64,000 nt of DNA from Acidobacteriota bacterium (GCA_036507075.1 DASXQR010000083.1:96001-160000), one strand, 5' to 3'. Counted from the stretch's first letter, positions 1-10,785 are shown. Notes: a model not told the origin generated them from the sequence alone. Translations and numbers: made by a program.

Positions 1-288
1 TTTTGGAATTCCCGCCATTTGCGCCGCCCGCCAGCGGCGCTCGCCTGCAATAAGCTCGTAGCGCGTCCCTATCTGCCGCACCACCACAGGCTGCACCACC
101 CCATTTTGTTTAATTGATGCTGCCAGCTCGGCCAGCCTGTCCGGATCAAACTCCGATCGCGGCTGGTAACGGTTCGGCGAGATCAGGTCGATGTCGATTT
201 CACGCAGATTTCCCTGCGCGGGCACCGACGCGATGCCGGCTGCAGGGATCAGCGCTTCAATTCCCCGTCCCAGTACTTTTCTTTTCAT
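1..288 (-). CDS. parB: Chromosome partitioning protein ParB/Spo0J (3' part runs off the window)
   Basis: Manual translation [15 protein letters not shown]...[10 protein letters not shown]...[12 protein letters not shown] contains the ParB GxxRxxA box; overlaps the parA 3' end. Confidence 0.95.
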   Translation of the reverse strand, partial: MKRKVLGRGIEALIPAAGIASVPAQGNLREIDIDLISPNRYQPRSEFDPDRLAELAASIKQNGVVQPVVVRQIGTRYELIAGERRWRAAQMAGIPK

Positions 289-1042
289 GATCGAGGATTT
301 CCTTGGCTAAGTTGATGTACGAGACAGCTCCGCGGGACCTGGCGTCATAAATCAGAATGGGCTTGCCGAAGCTGGGTGCTTCGGCGAGACGAACATTCCG
401 CGGAATGACGGTTTGAAAAACTTTTCCATCGAAGTGAGCTCGCAAGTCGTTCTCCACCTGCTGGCTGAGATTGAGACGCTCGTCGTATAAGGTCAAAACA
501 ATTCCCATTACAACCAATCGGGGATTAAAAGCCGTTTTCACACGCTCGACCGTATCCACCAGATCCGACAATCCTTCCAGGGCAAAGTACTCGCATTGAA
601 TGGGAATCAGGACCTCATCAGCCGCCACCAGCACATTTAAGGTAAGCAATCCCAGCGAAGGAGGTGAATCGATCAGGATCACATCGAAATCCGGCCTTAA
701 AGAATCGAGCACTTGCCGCAGGACAAATTCCCGCCCCTCCAGGTCGGCCAGTTCCAGCGTGGCGCCCACCAGGTCTTTGCCTGCCGGCAGCAGAAACAGG
801 GTAGCAACTTCGGTCGGCTGAATAGCATCGCGGACCGGGAAGCCCCGCATTAACACGTCGTAGAGGGTCGGGCGGCCCTGATTCCGGTCAAAGCCCAGGC
901 CGCTGGAACAATTTCCCTGCGAGTCGCAGTCCACGACCAGCACCTTTAATTCAGCGGCTGCCAGTGAGGCTCCCAGGTTAATTACGGTAGTAGTTTTGCC
1001 GACGCCGCCCTTTTGGTTGGCAACAGCCAGGATTTTTTGCAT
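257..1042 (-). CDS. parA: ParA/Soj ATPase
   Basis: Deviant Walker [29 protein letters not shown]; start moved to MQKILAV. Confidence 0.95.
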   Translation of the reverse strand: MQKILAVANQKGGVGKTTTVINLGASLAAAELKVLVVDCDSQGNCSSGLGFDRNQGRPTLYDVLMRGFPVRDAIQPTEVATLFLLPAGKDLVGATLELADLEGREFVLRQVLDSLRPDFDVILIDSPPSLGLLTLNVLVAADEVLIPIQCEYFALEGLSDLVDTVERVKTAFNPRLVVMGIVLTLYDERLNLSQQVENDLRAHFDGKVFQTVIPRNVRLAEAPSFGKPILIYDARSRGAVSYINLAKEILDHEKKSTGTGN

Positions 1043-1084
1043 GTGCGTCGTTCTGCGGATTATTTGTACCAGAAGTATCGGCAA

Positions 1085-1100
1085 TGTTCCACGTGAAACA
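1085..1100. promoter_or_regulatory. parS site 1
   Basis: TGTTCCACGTGAAACA matches consensus TGTTNCACGTGAAACA, just upstream of parA. Confidence 0.92.
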
Positions 1101-1123
1101 GCGGAGCTCACCGTCGTGCATGG

Positions 1124-1139
1124 TGTTCCACGTGGAACA
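1124..1139. promoter_or_regulatory. parS site 2
   Basis: Perfect palindrome TGTTCCACGTGGAACA. Confidence 0.92.
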
Positions 1140-1144
1140 ATGGG

Positions 1145-1765
1145 TCAGCGTTTAGTCTTTCGCGCCAGCAGAAGGGTGCGATTTTCAGAACGGGGGATCG
1201 GGATGCGCTGGATGTCGCATCCTTCCAACGTCTTCTCGGTTCGCTCGCCGGCCCCCTGAAAGCAGAGGTAGAGGCAAGCAGGAGAGGTGTTTGCTTTCAG
1301 GAAATTAAAGTCTTTCGGTTCCAGCTTGAGTCCGCGCCAGCAAACCACATCGGCCTGCTGCAGGAACGGTGCCGATTCGACCAGCCGCAAAGGATAGATT
1401 CCCACATGCAAAAGATCCAGGCGGCGGGCCACCTCCCGCTGAAAAAGGATCTTCTTCTTTCGTGAATCAATCGAGACCAGTCGGAAGGCGGGGCGAACGA
1501 TCTTCATAGCCAGCCCGGGAAATCCAGCGCCCGAACCCACGTCGACTACCCGAACATTACCCGAGGGAAGTTGTTCGGCGGCAAAGAAGGATTCCAGGAA
1601 ATGCAGACGGATGGCATCTTCCTCGTTATGGATACTGGTGAGGTTCACCTTCCGGTTCCACTTTGTCAGCAGATCCAGATAAATCTGCACCTTAGCCAAG
1701 TGTTCCGGGCTCAGCGCAAGTCTAAAAAAAGATGCTTCCGTCTCGATCCAGTCTGTAGTGACCAC
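1145..1765 (-). CDS. rsmG: 16S rRNA m7G527 methyltransferase RsmG/GidB
   Basis: WNRKVNLT and DVGSGAGFPG motifs; lies between mnmG and parA. Confidence 0.93.
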   Translation of the reverse strand: MVTTDWIETEASFFRLALSPEHLAKVQIYLDLLTKWNRKVNLTSIHNEEDAIRLHFLESFFAAEQLPSGNVRVVDVGSGAGFPGLAMKIVRPAFRLVSIDSRKKKILFQREVARRLDLLHVGIYPLRLVESAPFLQQADVVCWRGLKLEPKDFNFLKANTSPACLYLCFQGAGERTEKTLEGCDIQRIPIPRSENRTLLLARKTKR

Positions 1766-1894
1766 GGATAAGGATTATAGCGGCTGAGTAAGTCCCGCTT
1801 GCCGTTTATTGAGCAGCTTGCTGCCTCGGTCGTCAAAGAAAGGAATTTCACTGCCGAAAACGCACGGCGGCATAGCCACAAGCAAAGGTGCTGC

Positions 1895-1994
1895 CGCATT
1901 CACCGCAGAGCCGCAATGAACACCGAGTTTCCGCAGAGATTCCATTGCTAACTCTGCGGGGCTTGCCGTCCTCGGCGACTCTGCGGTGAATGCG
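1895..1994. repeat. Palindromic REP-like element (TTCACCGCAGAG family)
   Basis: 16-bp perfect inverted repeat CGCATTCACCGCAGAG / CTCTGCGGTGAATGCG; similar element at 54741-54834. Confidence 0.75.
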
Positions 1995-2157
1995 AGGCTC
2001 CGAATCAGTAGCTGGACCATTTGGGCAACACGCCCTTAAAAGCCGAGACTACTGCGAGTCCGTTGAAGCGTACTCTCAGCAGCGAACGGAATATTCTGGC
2101 TGGGATCTTCGTAGAAAGCGAAGAATTCGGAGTATAGACAACGACTTACAGAACTTC

Positions 2158-4047
2158 TCAGCTGGCGGCGGCGCGGCGGCGGCGATCCAGTTCCAACTGA
2201 ACGTTGATGATCGAAACCGCAGCAGGCGTGATACCGGAAACGCGCGAAGCTACTCCCAACGTCACTGGTCGAAGGCGCGAGAGTTTTTCGACTATCTCGC
2301 GCGACAGGCCCGGAACATGAGCGTAGTCAAAATCGGGTGGAATCCTGCGCTGCTGAACTCCTTTGATCTTTTCCACCTCTGCAAGCTGCTGGCGGATGTA
2401 CCCTTCGTACTTAATCTGAGTTTCAACGATGGAGGCTTCTTCATCGCTCAGCCCGATTCCACAGTCCCCCAGCATGCTGCGAAAGGCGCCGATGGCAAAT
2501 TCCGGTCTTTTGAGCAACTGTTCCAGCGAAACTCCCGCCGGGATATCGCGCTGGACATGTTCAGATAATTGCTGCCTGTAGGGAGAAGCTTCTTTCAGGA
2601 TCGTGCGCCTAAGGTGGTCTGCCGCAGCGTCAACCCGAACGTACTTTTGCCGGCACTCCTCGTCACGGTCCGGACTCACTAGGCCAAGCGCTAAACCTTT
2701 ATTTATCAGACGCTTATCAGCGTTATCGATTCTCAAGAGGAGGCGGAATTCTGCCCTGGACGTGAACATTCGATAAGGCTCGTCGACGCCTCTGGACACC
2801 AGGTCGTCGCACAGAATCCCGATATAGGCCTCCGAACGATCCAGGAAAAACGGATCCTGATTGCGAACCTTCAGCGCTGCATTGATCCCGGCAATGATTC
2901 CCTGCGCGGCGGCTTCCTCATATCCCGTTGTCCCGTTGATTTGACCGGCGTGAAACAGATTCTCTATTTGCCTGGTCTCGAAAGATGCCGACAGATTTGT
3001 CGGCTGCATGAAGTCGTACTCAATGGCATAACCCGGACGGATCATTTCTACTTGTTGCATGCCGGGAATCGACCGCAGCATTTCCAGTTGAACATCAATG
3101 GGCATGCTGGTGGAAAGTCCATTCACATAAACCTCGTTTGTTCCAATCCCTTCCGGCTCAAGGAAAATCTGGTGCCGCTCTTTGTCGGCAAACTTTACGA
3201 TCTTGTCTTCGATAGAAGGGCAGTAGCGAGGCCCGATCCCCTGAATTTGCCCGCTGTACAATGGCGATCGGTGGATATTCCGCCGAATGACCTCATGCAG
3301 CGCGGGAGGCGTGTAGCCGATATAACAGGGAAGCTGCGGCTGCAGCGGCTGCTTGCTGGTGTAGCTGAACAAGGTTGGCCTGGCGTCGCCGTGCTGGATT
3401 TCGAATTTGGACAAATCGACGGTGCGGCCGTCGATCCGCGGCGGCGTGCCGGTTTTTAACCGTCCCATCGGGAAGCCGAGACGCTGGAACGATTGCGCCA
3501 GTTTGAGGGAAGCGATTTCGCCTGACCGGCCGGCGGAATAACGACGTTCTCCAATGTGAATCAAACCGTTCAGGAATGTACCCGTCGTAACGATCACAGC
3601 GCTGGCTCCGATCCGGCGCCCGTCGATCAGTTCCACACCCACAACCCTGTCTTCACGAATGATGAAATCGGTGACTTCTGCCTGTTTCAAAAACAGGTTG
3701 GGTTCCAGCTCGAGGCGGCGCCTCATCTCCCGCCGATAAAGCGCACGATCGGCCTGCGCACGCGGAGACTGAACCGCAGGGCCACGGCTGCTGTTCAGGA
3801 CCCGAAACTGAATGCCGGCCCGATCGATCACCTCGGGCATCGCTCCGCCCAGACAATCCAGCTCGCGCACCAGATGCCCCTTGGCGATTCCTCCCACGGC
3901 CGGGTTGCACGACATCTGGCCGATAGTATCCAGATTGATGGTGAACATGGCCGTGCGCATGCCCATTTTGGCGGCAGCCAGCGCAGCCTCACATCCAGCA
4001 TGACCGCCGCCGATCACCACCACATCGAAGGACTCATGAAAATACAT
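2158..4047 (-). CDS. mnmG: tRNA uridine-34 modification enzyme MnmG/GidA
   Basis: GGGHAGCEAA, SCNPAVGG, GPRYCPSIEDK, AGQINGTTGYEEAA. Confidence 0.98.
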   Translation of the reverse strand: MYFHESFDVVVIGGGHAGCEAALAAAKMGMRTAMFTINLDTIGQMSCNPAVGGIAKGHLVRELDCLGGAMPEVIDRAGIQFRVLNSSRGPAVQSPRAQADRALYRREMRRRLELEPNLFLKQAEVTDFIIREDRVVGVELIDGRRIGASAVIVTTGTFLNGLIHIGERRYSAGRSGEIASLKLAQSFQRLGFPMGRLKTGTPPRIDGRTVDLSKFEIQHGDARPTLFSYTSKQPLQPQLPCYIGYTPPALHEVIRRNIHRSPLYSGQIQGIGPRYCPSIEDKIVKFADKERHQIFLEPEGIGTNEVYVNGLSTSMPIDVQLEMLRSIPGMQQVEMIRPGYAIEYDFMQPTNLSASFETRQIENLFHAGQINGTTGYEEAAAQGIIAGINAALKVRNQDPFFLDRSEAYIGILCDDLVSRGVDEPYRMFTSRAEFRLLLRIDNADKRLINKGLALGLVSPDRDEECRQKYVRVDAAADHLRRTILKEASPYRQQLSEHVQRDIPAGVSLEQLLKRPEFAIGAFRSMLGDCGIGLSDEEASIVETQIKYEGYIRQQLAEVEKIKGVQQRRIPPDFDYAHVPGLSREIVEKLSRLRPVTLGVASRVSGITPAAVSIINVQLELDRRRRAAAS

Positions 4048-4126
4048 GGCAGAGAGAAATTATAGCGGAAAAACGAGTGTCGAGTGTTGAGTGGTCTAGT
4101 TTGTGCTGCCCATCGAGGAAGGCCCT

Positions 4127-4565
4127 CACCACAGAGGCACAGCCCGGCCGCAGGCCGCAACCAAACGCGTTATCGGTCATTAGTCATTGGTTCATTAGTT
4201 AAAGAATCTTGCTAAAAAAACAAGAAATTGCCAACTTGTTACACGACGCGGCAGAGCCGCAACCAAGAAACCGTGCACGAAACGTCAACGACTACGTCTA
4301 ACGCCTACGAGCACGAGCACGACAACCTCGACGCCCTACGGTCACGAGCCTAGAGTGGCCGTCAGGCCACAACCAACGGTGATGGGACAAAACCTATGTG
4401 GCTTTGCCGCCAGCTCTTGCGGAAAGGCTTTGCCTTTCCGCATGAGTTGACGGCAAAGCCGCTATCCCCGTCCGATTCTTTCGTGGGACGTGGTCGTTTG
4501 AGTTGGCGGCAAAGCCGCTATCCGCGTCCGATTCTTTCGTGAGACGTGGTCGTTGACGTGAACGG
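4127..4565. repeat. Composite repeat block between mnmG and mnmE
   Basis: CACCACAGAGGCACAG unit, hairpin at 4399-4461 (GGCTTTGCCG...CGGCAAAGCC), and a 56-bp tandem duplication 4443-4498 / 4499-4554 with 3 mismatches. Confidence 0.7.
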
Positions 4566-4672
4566 TTTTGAAAAACTTTGCCAAAATAAACCAAGGTTGC
4601 CAACGTGCTTCACAGAGAACACGAATCAGTTACTTGTCACTGCTAACTGGCCGCTGGTAACCTGCCATTTAT

Positions 4673-6040
4673 ATGGATTCCATAGTGGCCCTGGCCACGC
4701 CACCCGGACATTCTGCCCTTGCCATTATTCGCGCGAGCGGACCGGAGGTCGGTACTTTTCTCAAGCGGCTCGCAAACCGGAACTCATTCCAGCCGCGTCA
4801 CGCGACGCTGGCCGATTTGCACGATCCCAGCACCGGCGAGAAGATCGATCATTGCGTAGTCCAATTTTTTCCAAGCCCCCACTCGTACACGGGCGAAGAT
4901 TTATGTGAAATTTCTTGCCACGGCTCACCGGTGCTGATCAGCCGGCTGCTCGAGGCTGTTCTACACCTTGGCGCGCGATTGGCAGAGCCCGGAGAATTCA
5001 CCCTGCGCGCTTTCCTCAACGGGAAAATGGACCTGGCGCAGGCCGAGGCGGTGCGGGACCTGGTGGACGCGCGCACCGAATACCAGGCGCGGATCGCCCG
5101 CGAGCAGTTGGAGGGAAAACTCTCGGCCGCGCTCCAGCCCTTAAAACAAAAGCTTGTTGACGTCATTTCATTCCTGGAAACGGCTGTCGAGTTTGTGGAA
5201 GACGACGTGGGCGAAATTTCCCGCTCCGCTCAGGCAGAGAATCTGCAGCAGATCTGCCAGGATCTGCAGAAGATGGAGGCAAGCTACAGCTTCGGCAGGT
5301 TTATCCATGATGGCTTTCAGCTCGCCATTATCGGAAGGCCCAACGTGGGCAAATCAAGTTTGTTCAATGCCTTGCTTCAGAGTGATCGCGCCATAGTCAC
5401 CGAGATCCCGGGCACGACGCGCGATTTGATCACTGAATCGATGCATGTAGAGGGCGTCCCTGTCAGGCTGATTGACACGGCGGGAATCCGCTCGTCCTCG
5501 GATCGCATCGAGCAGATTGGGATCGAACGCTCGCATCAGGCCGCCGGCGACGCCGACGTTCTATTGGTCGTGCTGGACGCGACCTCTCCGGTGACAAGCG
5601 AGGATGAAGAATTATTGAAACGCCTGCAGAGCCAACCGGGAATTGTCGTATGGAACAAAATCGATCTGGCAGAACCGCAGCAGGCAACTGTTGGCAGGCG
5701 CCCGGCCGTCGATAAAGAGGCCATCCACATCAGTAAGGTCTCAGCGTTGAAGGGTGAAGGACTCAATGAACTGCGCCAATCCATTCACAGACTGCTTTCA
5801 CAAAATGCAATCGCCGGCCAGCAGGGAATTATCGTCACCAACCTGAGACACAAAATCTGTATGGCACAAACGCGCGTCGCCCTTGAAGAAGGATGCCGCG
5901 CGCTGCGTGAAAATCTGTCCGAGGAATTTGCGCTTTATCACATTCGATCGGGATTGCAGCGTCTCGGAGAGATCACCGGTGAAACCACGGTGGAAGACAT
6001 TCTGGATAATATATTTTCCACCTTTTGTATCGGGAAATGA
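4673..6040 (+). CDS. mnmE: tRNA modification GTPase MnmE/TrmE
   Basis: [28 protein letters not shown]-terminal FCIGK. Confidence 0.98.
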   Translation: MDSIVALATPPGHSALAIIRASGPEVGTFLKRLANRNSFQPRHATLADLHDPSTGEKIDHCVVQFFPSPHSYTGEDLCEISCHGSPVLISRLLEAVLHLGARLAEPGEFTLRAFLNGKMDLAQAEAVRDLVDARTEYQARIAREQLEGKLSAALQPLKQKLVDVISFLETAVEFVEDDVGEISRSAQAENLQQICQDLQKMEASYSFGRFIHDGFQLAIIGRPNVGKSSLFNALLQSDRAIVTEIPGTTRDLITESMHVEGVPVRLIDTAGIRSSSDRIEQIGIERSHQAAGDADVLLVVLDATSPVTSEDEELLKRLQSQPGIVVWNKIDLAEPQQATVGRRPAVDKEAIHISKVSALKGEGLNELRQSIHRLLSQNAIAGQQGIIVTNLRHKICMAQTRVALEEGCRALRENLSEEFALYHIRSGLQRLGEITGETTVEDILDNIFSTFCIGK

Positions 6041-6073
6041 CCGCCCTTGCCTTCGTGTTATAGTTTCATCGCG

Positions 6074-6427
6074 ATGCGTAATTCCACGCGTGTGCTGCTG
6101 TTTATTTCCGACAAGACTCTGATGAAGACGCTCACCGAGGATCTCCGCCGGGCGGGCTACCTGGTGGACCGCTGTGAATCGCTGGAAACGTGCGAGCGTG
6201 TGAATTCGTTTTATGATCACGACGTTGCGTTCCTCCAGGCTGACGGAGACGATCTGGATACGATCCAGGCAGCAGCGAGCTTTGTGACGCCCGGGGCGCG
6301 CATCGTTGTCGTTCTGAACGATCAAGACCCAGGCGTCATCGAGCATCTGGAAATGCATGGAATGCAGGTGGCGCATTTTTCCGGCGATTCTCTGGAATTG
6401 CTCGAATTGCTCGAGGAAGAGGAATAG
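6074..6427 (+). CDS. CheY-like single-domain protein, probably a pseudo-receiver
   Basis: Receiver-like beta/alpha pattern (RVLLF...LRRAGYLV...DVAFLQ...RIVVV); canonical phospho-Asp not evident. Confidence 0.5.
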   Translation: MRNSTRVLLFISDKTLMKTLTEDLRRAGYLVDRCESLETCERVNSFYDHDVAFLQADGDDLDTIQAAASFVTPGARIVVVLNDQDPGVIEHLEMHGMQVAHFSGDSLELLELLEEEE

Positions 6428-6450
6428 GCGCCGCCTGCTGCGGCGAGTGG

Positions 6451-6788
6451 GCGGGTTTCGGGTTTGCGGGTTCGCGAGTTTGCGAGTACCGGGTTTGCGA
6501 GTTCCGGGTTGGCGAGTTTCGGGGTTGCGGGTTGCGGGTTTGCGAGCGGGTTACAAACGAGTTACGGATTGGCGATCTCACGATTCGATTGAAAAATTCA
6601 AAGCTGAAAATCGCTTCGGAATGTTGAATCTATGTTTTCTCAATTGGCAATTCTGAACCCGTAACTCGCCAACCCGCAACTCGCCAACCCGCAACTCGCC
6701 AACCCGCAACTCGCCAACCCGTAACCCGCCAACCCGCAAACCCGCAAACCCGTAACCCGCAAACCCGCAAACCCGAAACTCGCAAAAC
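6451..6788. repeat. Converging short-period repeat arrays
   Basis: Left arm of (GCG(G/A)GTT)n units; right arm has the 15-nt unit AACCCGCAACTCGCC about 5 times plus AAACCCGC units; AT-rich spacer between. Confidence 0.85.
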
Positions 6789-6796
6789 CTAAATTT

Positions 6797-7798
6797 TCAA
6801 CCGCACAGATTGTCGCTTAATTCCTGCAATGCCCGGCGCGTGAACACGCGCACCATTTCCTTGCGCCAGCTCATATCGAGATCCGTGTTGTCCAGCGGTT
6901 TGGCGCGCTTCCAGGCAGCCTCTGCGGCCTGCTCGATCACTTCGCAGTTCAGCCGAGCGCCTCTGAACAGTTTACGAGCCGCCTCCACTTCGAACGGATA
7001 AGAAGCGACCGCGGTGATGGCGATTCGACCTTGCTCGATCACGCTCCGCTCCGCAGCGCTGGGACGAAGCCAGATGGCGACGCCCAGGATCGGAAAATCA
7101 ATGGCGCCGCGACGACGCAGTTTCTTATAGACCATGAGATCCGTGCTGACCGCGGGCAGGTGGATTTCCGTGAGCAGCTCGTCAGGTCTTTTGGAAAGAA
7201 ACTCGATGCCGTCGTTGCGATAGAGCTCGGCTGCAGGAATCAGACGGTCACCCTGCTTGGACAACAACCGCACCTTCGCTCCCAGAGCAATCATCACCGG
7301 CGCCAGATCCGATGAAGCGACCGCCCAGCAGCGCGGGCTGGACGGCGCCACCCAGCAGACGTGGCCGTCCTTCTTCATGCAGAAGTCAATCGCCTTGCGC
7401 CATTCGTATGTCTGATCATAATAGGTGCATCTTGTGTCCACACAGAGATTGCCCCCGATGGTGCCGGCGTTCCGCAAGGGAGGAGAAGAAATAGCGCGGG
7501 CCGCGGCTGCAACCGCCGGATAGCGGCTGCACAGCATCGGATTGCGCTCCAACTCGGCCAGCGTAACGCGCGCGCCGATCACTATTCCCTCTTCCGGCTC
7601 GCCCGCGACTCGATGAAGCGCGCCCAATCGCCTGAGACTGATCAAGGTCCGAGGCGCGAGTTGTCGCCGTTTCATTTTGGGAAATAGATCGGTGCCTCCG
7701 GAAACCACGGCGCAGGCGGGGGCTTCCGCATGAAGAATCGCAGCAACTTCTTCTGTGGTGGCTGGCTGAAAGTAATCAAAACTTGGAAGTCGCAGCAT
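6797..7798 (-). CDS. XDH-family FAD-binding subunit, 4-hydroxybenzoyl-CoA reductase beta (HcrB)-like
   Basis: SGGTDL, RNAGTIGGN, and a Cys-rich insertion RCTYY..FCMK..VCW..RCW as in the HcrB 4Fe-4S insert. Confidence 0.8.
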   Translation of the reverse strand: MLRLPSFDYFQPATTEEVAAILHAEAPACAVVSGGTDLFPKMKRRQLAPRTLISLRRLGALHRVAGEPEEGIVIGARVTLAELERNPMLCSRYPAVAAAARAISSPPLRNAGTIGGNLCVDTRCTYYDQTYEWRKAIDFCMKKDGHVCWVAPSSPRCWAVASSDLAPVMIALGAKVRLLSKQGDRLIPAAELYRNDGIEFLSKRPDELLTEIHLPAVSTDLMVYKKLRRRGAIDFPILGVAIWLRPSAAERSVIEQGRIAITAVASYPFEVEAARKLFRGARLNCEVIEQAAEAAWKRAKPLDNTDLDMSWRKEMVRVFTRRALQELSDNLCG

Positions 7799-7824
7799 GT
7801 TCGTCCGTTGTCAGTGGTCCGTTG

Positions 7825-10245
7825 TCAGTCATCCCGCATCCTGAACACTGCGGGAGGTTGTTTCACTGCCGTGCCGTCGCCGCCTTCCCAGGGCGGGGGC
7901 ACGATGCGCACCTCTCCAAAATCCAGCGGCGGAAACTCACCCGGTCCGAACCTTGCCGGCTTGCCGGCATTTTTGGCCCTCAAAGCCTTGAGCACTTTTT
8001 CCGGAGTGATCGGGATCTCATCGATCCGAACGCCGACTGCGTCGTAGACGGCATTGCAGATTGCCGGCATGACGGGCAGCAGCGGACCCTGGCCCAGCTC
8101 CTTGGCGCCAAACGGCCCGTTTGAATCCGGAGATTCCACCAGGTAAGTCACCACGTTGCACATATCCATGGTAGTGGGGCTTTTGTAATCCAGCATCGAC
8201 GGAATCTGATGAACATTTCGCCTGAAAACCTGCTCCTCCATGAGCGCTTCGCCCAGTCCCATGTACACGCTTCCCTCTGCCTGGCCGATCGCAAGCAGGG
8301 GATTGATCGCCTGGCCGAGATCGTGAGCAATCCAGATGCAAGGCACTGTTACAATTCCTGTCTCCACATCGACGTTCACTTCTGCCACGCAGGCGGTAAA
8401 GCTGTAGGCCGGCGACGGCCCTACGCCGCCTCCTTTGTAACGGGCCGCGGACGCCGGTGGCTTGTAGCTCCCTACGGTCCCGATCGTTCCGAACATCGCC
8501 TCGGCAAGCTGCACCGCTGCGGCAAATGTGATTTCCCTGGCCGGATCTTCCGCGTCGAAAATTTTCCTGCCGCCGGCAATCAGTTGCGATTTAGGAATCT
8601 TCCACTTCACCGAAACAGCATCGAAGAGAATTGCGCGCGCGCGTTCTGCCGCCTGCACCGCTGCATTTCCCGTCATCAGCGTGACGCGGCTGGAATAGCT
8701 GCCCAAATCGACCGGCGTAAGATCCGTGTCGGCGGTCACCACTCGAATGTCCAGCGGATCAATGCCGAGAATTTCGGCGACGATATAGGCCAGCACCGAA
8801 TCGGAGCCTTGACCGATATCCGTGCTGCCGCAAAAGCAGGTGACGCCTCCAGAGCGATCCAGTTTCAATTGCACGCCGGACTGCGGCATGTCATTCCAAT
8901 AAATCGGCAATCCCGCCCCGCTGATATAGGCGCTGCAGGCCAGACCGACTCCTGCGCCCGTGGGAAGCTTCCGAAACTTCTTCGACCAGCCGGAACCTTG
9001 CAGCACTTTCTCAATGCACTCGCGCAGAGCGCACGAGCCCACGCGCATCCAGTTGGCCGTGAGTGAATGGGGCTGAACCAGGTTCTTCAACCGCAATTCC
9101 GCCGGATCTATTCCGAGCCGCTCGGCGGCTTTGTCCATCTGGATCTCCAATCCAAAGCGGGGTTGCGGCGTTCCATGGCCCCGTTTCGGCCCGCATGGCG
9201 GCTTATTTGTAAACACGCGAGCTCCGCGAAATCGATAGCGCGGAATCTGGTAGCTGACCGTTTGAAGCGCTCCCGTGTAATAGGTGCTCGCCACTCCGTA
9301 GCTCCCATAGGCGCCGCCGTCGAGAATCGTCTGGAAATCCAGGCCGGTAATCGTGCCGTCCTTATTGATCCCGAGACGCGACCGCATCAGCACCGGGTGG
9401 CGCCCGCGGTGGCAGTAAAAAACTTCTTCCCGCGTGAGCGTGATCTTCACCGGGCGCCCTGTCTTGCGCGCCAGCGCTGCGGCAACGATCTCGTGGCTGA
9501 AAGGATCGCTCTTGCCGCCAAAACCGCCGCCGTTCGGCATGGCGATGACGCGCACGTGAGCGGCCGGCATTTCCAAAACCTTTGCCACGGCACGATGCAC
9601 GTAATGCGGCGTCTGGGTTGAAGACCAGACCGTGAGCTTTCCGTCGGATTCCAGTTTTGCCGCCGCCGAATGCTGTTCCATCGGAAGGTGGGTGCTTCCC
9701 TGGTAAAAGAAGAGATCGTCCAGGACGAAGTCGGAATCGCCCAGAGCCTCCTCTACATCTCCGAACTGAAGCGCGACTTTCTTATGAATATTGCCCTCGG
9801 CGGCATAGTCATGAATTTGCGGAGATTGAGTCGCCAGCGCCTTTTCAATCGACAGAATCGGCTCCAGGGGTTCATAAGAAACTTCGATCAGGCGTGCCGC
9901 TTCTTCCGCGGTTTCTTCGTCCACGGCGGCGACAGCGGCAACCGGGTCACCTACGAAACGGACTTTATCGATGCAAAGGGCGTGCTCGTCTTCACTCACC
10001 GGCAGAATTCCAAAGGGGATGGGCAGTTCATTTCCCAGCAGGAACGCCTTTACTCCTTCCATGCGTCTGGCTCGGGACAAGTCAATTCCGCGGATCAACG
10101 CGTGGGGTTGGGTAGAGCGGACCAGTTTGGCGAAAAGCATTCGGGGGAAGAATAGATCGTCGGCAAATTTTGTCTCGCCGGTGCATTTGGCGCGAGCGTC
10201 GACTTTGGGAAGGGGTTTGCCGATGATTTTGTAGTTGGTGGTCAT
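7825..10245 (-). CDS. XDH-family molybdopterin-binding subunit, HcrA-like
   Basis: GGGFGGK, GPKRGHG, DIGQGS, GSYSSR, GAKELGQGP. Confidence 0.85.
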   Translation of the reverse strand: MTTNYKIIGKPLPKVDARAKCTGETKFADDLFFPRMLFAKLVRSTQPHALIRGIDLSRARRMEGVKAFLLGNELPIPFGILPVSEDEHALCIDKVRFVGDPVAAVAAVDEETAEEAARLIEVSYEPLEPILSIEKALATQSPQIHDYAAEGNIHKKVALQFGDVEEALGDSDFVLDDLFFYQGSTHLPMEQHSAAAKLESDGKLTVWSSTQTPHYVHRAVAKVLEMPAAHVRVIAMPNGGGFGGKSDPFSHEIVAAALARKTGRPVKITLTREEVFYCHRGRHPVLMRSRLGINKDGTITGLDFQTILDGGAYGSYGVASTYYTGALQTVSYQIPRYRFRGARVFTNKPPCGPKRGHGTPQPRFGLEIQMDKAAERLGIDPAELRLKNLVQPHSLTANWMRVGSCALRECIEKVLQGSGWSKKFRKLPTGAGVGLACSAYISGAGLPIYWNDMPQSGVQLKLDRSGGVTCFCGSTDIGQGSDSVLAYIVAEILGIDPLDIRVVTADTDLTPVDLGSYSSRVTLMTGNAAVQAAERARAILFDAVSVKWKIPKSQLIAGGRKIFDAEDPAREITFAAAVQLAEAMFGTIGTVGSYKPPASAARYKGGGVGPSPAYSFTACVAEVNVDVETGIVTVPCIWIAHDLGQAINPLLAIGQAEGSVYMGLGEALMEEQVFRRNVHQIPSMLDYKSPTTMDMCNVVTYLVESPDSNGPFGAKELGQGPLLPVMPAICNAVYDAVGVRIDEIPITPEKVLKALRAKNAGKPARFGPGEFPPLDFGEVRIVPPPWEGGDGTAVKQPPAVFRMRDD

Positions 10246-10299
10246 AAGGAAAAAGCTTTCACCACAGAGACACAGAGGACACAGAGGCCGAGTGCCAGG

Positions 10300-10785
10300 C
10301 TAGGTGACAGGATCTAACCCTCGCATTCTCAAGGCGGCCAACTCGACGGCCTCGTAGATTTTCAGGTAACCGGTACAGCGACAGAGATTGCCCGCCAAAG
10401 CTTGTTCTATCTCTGAGCGTGAGGGCGCGGCGGTTCCTTCCAGTAATCCCCTGGCGGCAAGTAAGAATCCCGGTGTGCAGTAACCGCATTGAGCGGCCCC
10501 CAACTCAGCGAAGGCTTCCTGAAGAGGATGGAGACGGCCGGCCAGCGACATTCCCTCGATGGTGACAATTTCACAATCCTGACATTCCACGGGCAGCATC
10601 AGACAAGAGAGAACCGGCTTTCCGTCAATCAGGACAGTGCAGGTACCGCACTCGCCTACTTCACAGCCGTGCTTGGTTCCGGTAAGGCCAAGATCCTCAC
10701 GCAGCACTTCGAGAAGCGTCTTTTGCACAGGGGCGGCTACCTGGATTCCCTCTCCATTTATCTGCAGATGGAAGAGTTGTTTCAC
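10300..10785 (-). CDS. XDH-family 2Fe-2S subunit, HcrC-like
   Basis: [26 protein letters not shown] start overlaps the tetR stop (GTGA). Confidence 0.9.
   Translation of the reverse strand: MKQLFHLQINGEGIQVAAPVQKTLLEVLREDLGLTGTKHGCEVGECGTCTVLIDGKPVLSCLMLPVECQDCEIVTIEGMSLAGRLHPLQEAFAELGAAQCGYCTPGFLLAARGLLEGTAAPSRSEIEQALAGNLCRCTGYLKIYEAVELAALRMRGLDPVT

Noticed and set aside
2020..2040. GGGCGTGTTGC on the minus strand, resembling an IS terminal repeat
   Set aside because: No partner end or transposase found; too short to support
6451..6788. CRISPR array (also considered for 46626-46790 and 4443-4554)
   Set aside because: Units are contiguous with no unique spacers, and there are no cas genes
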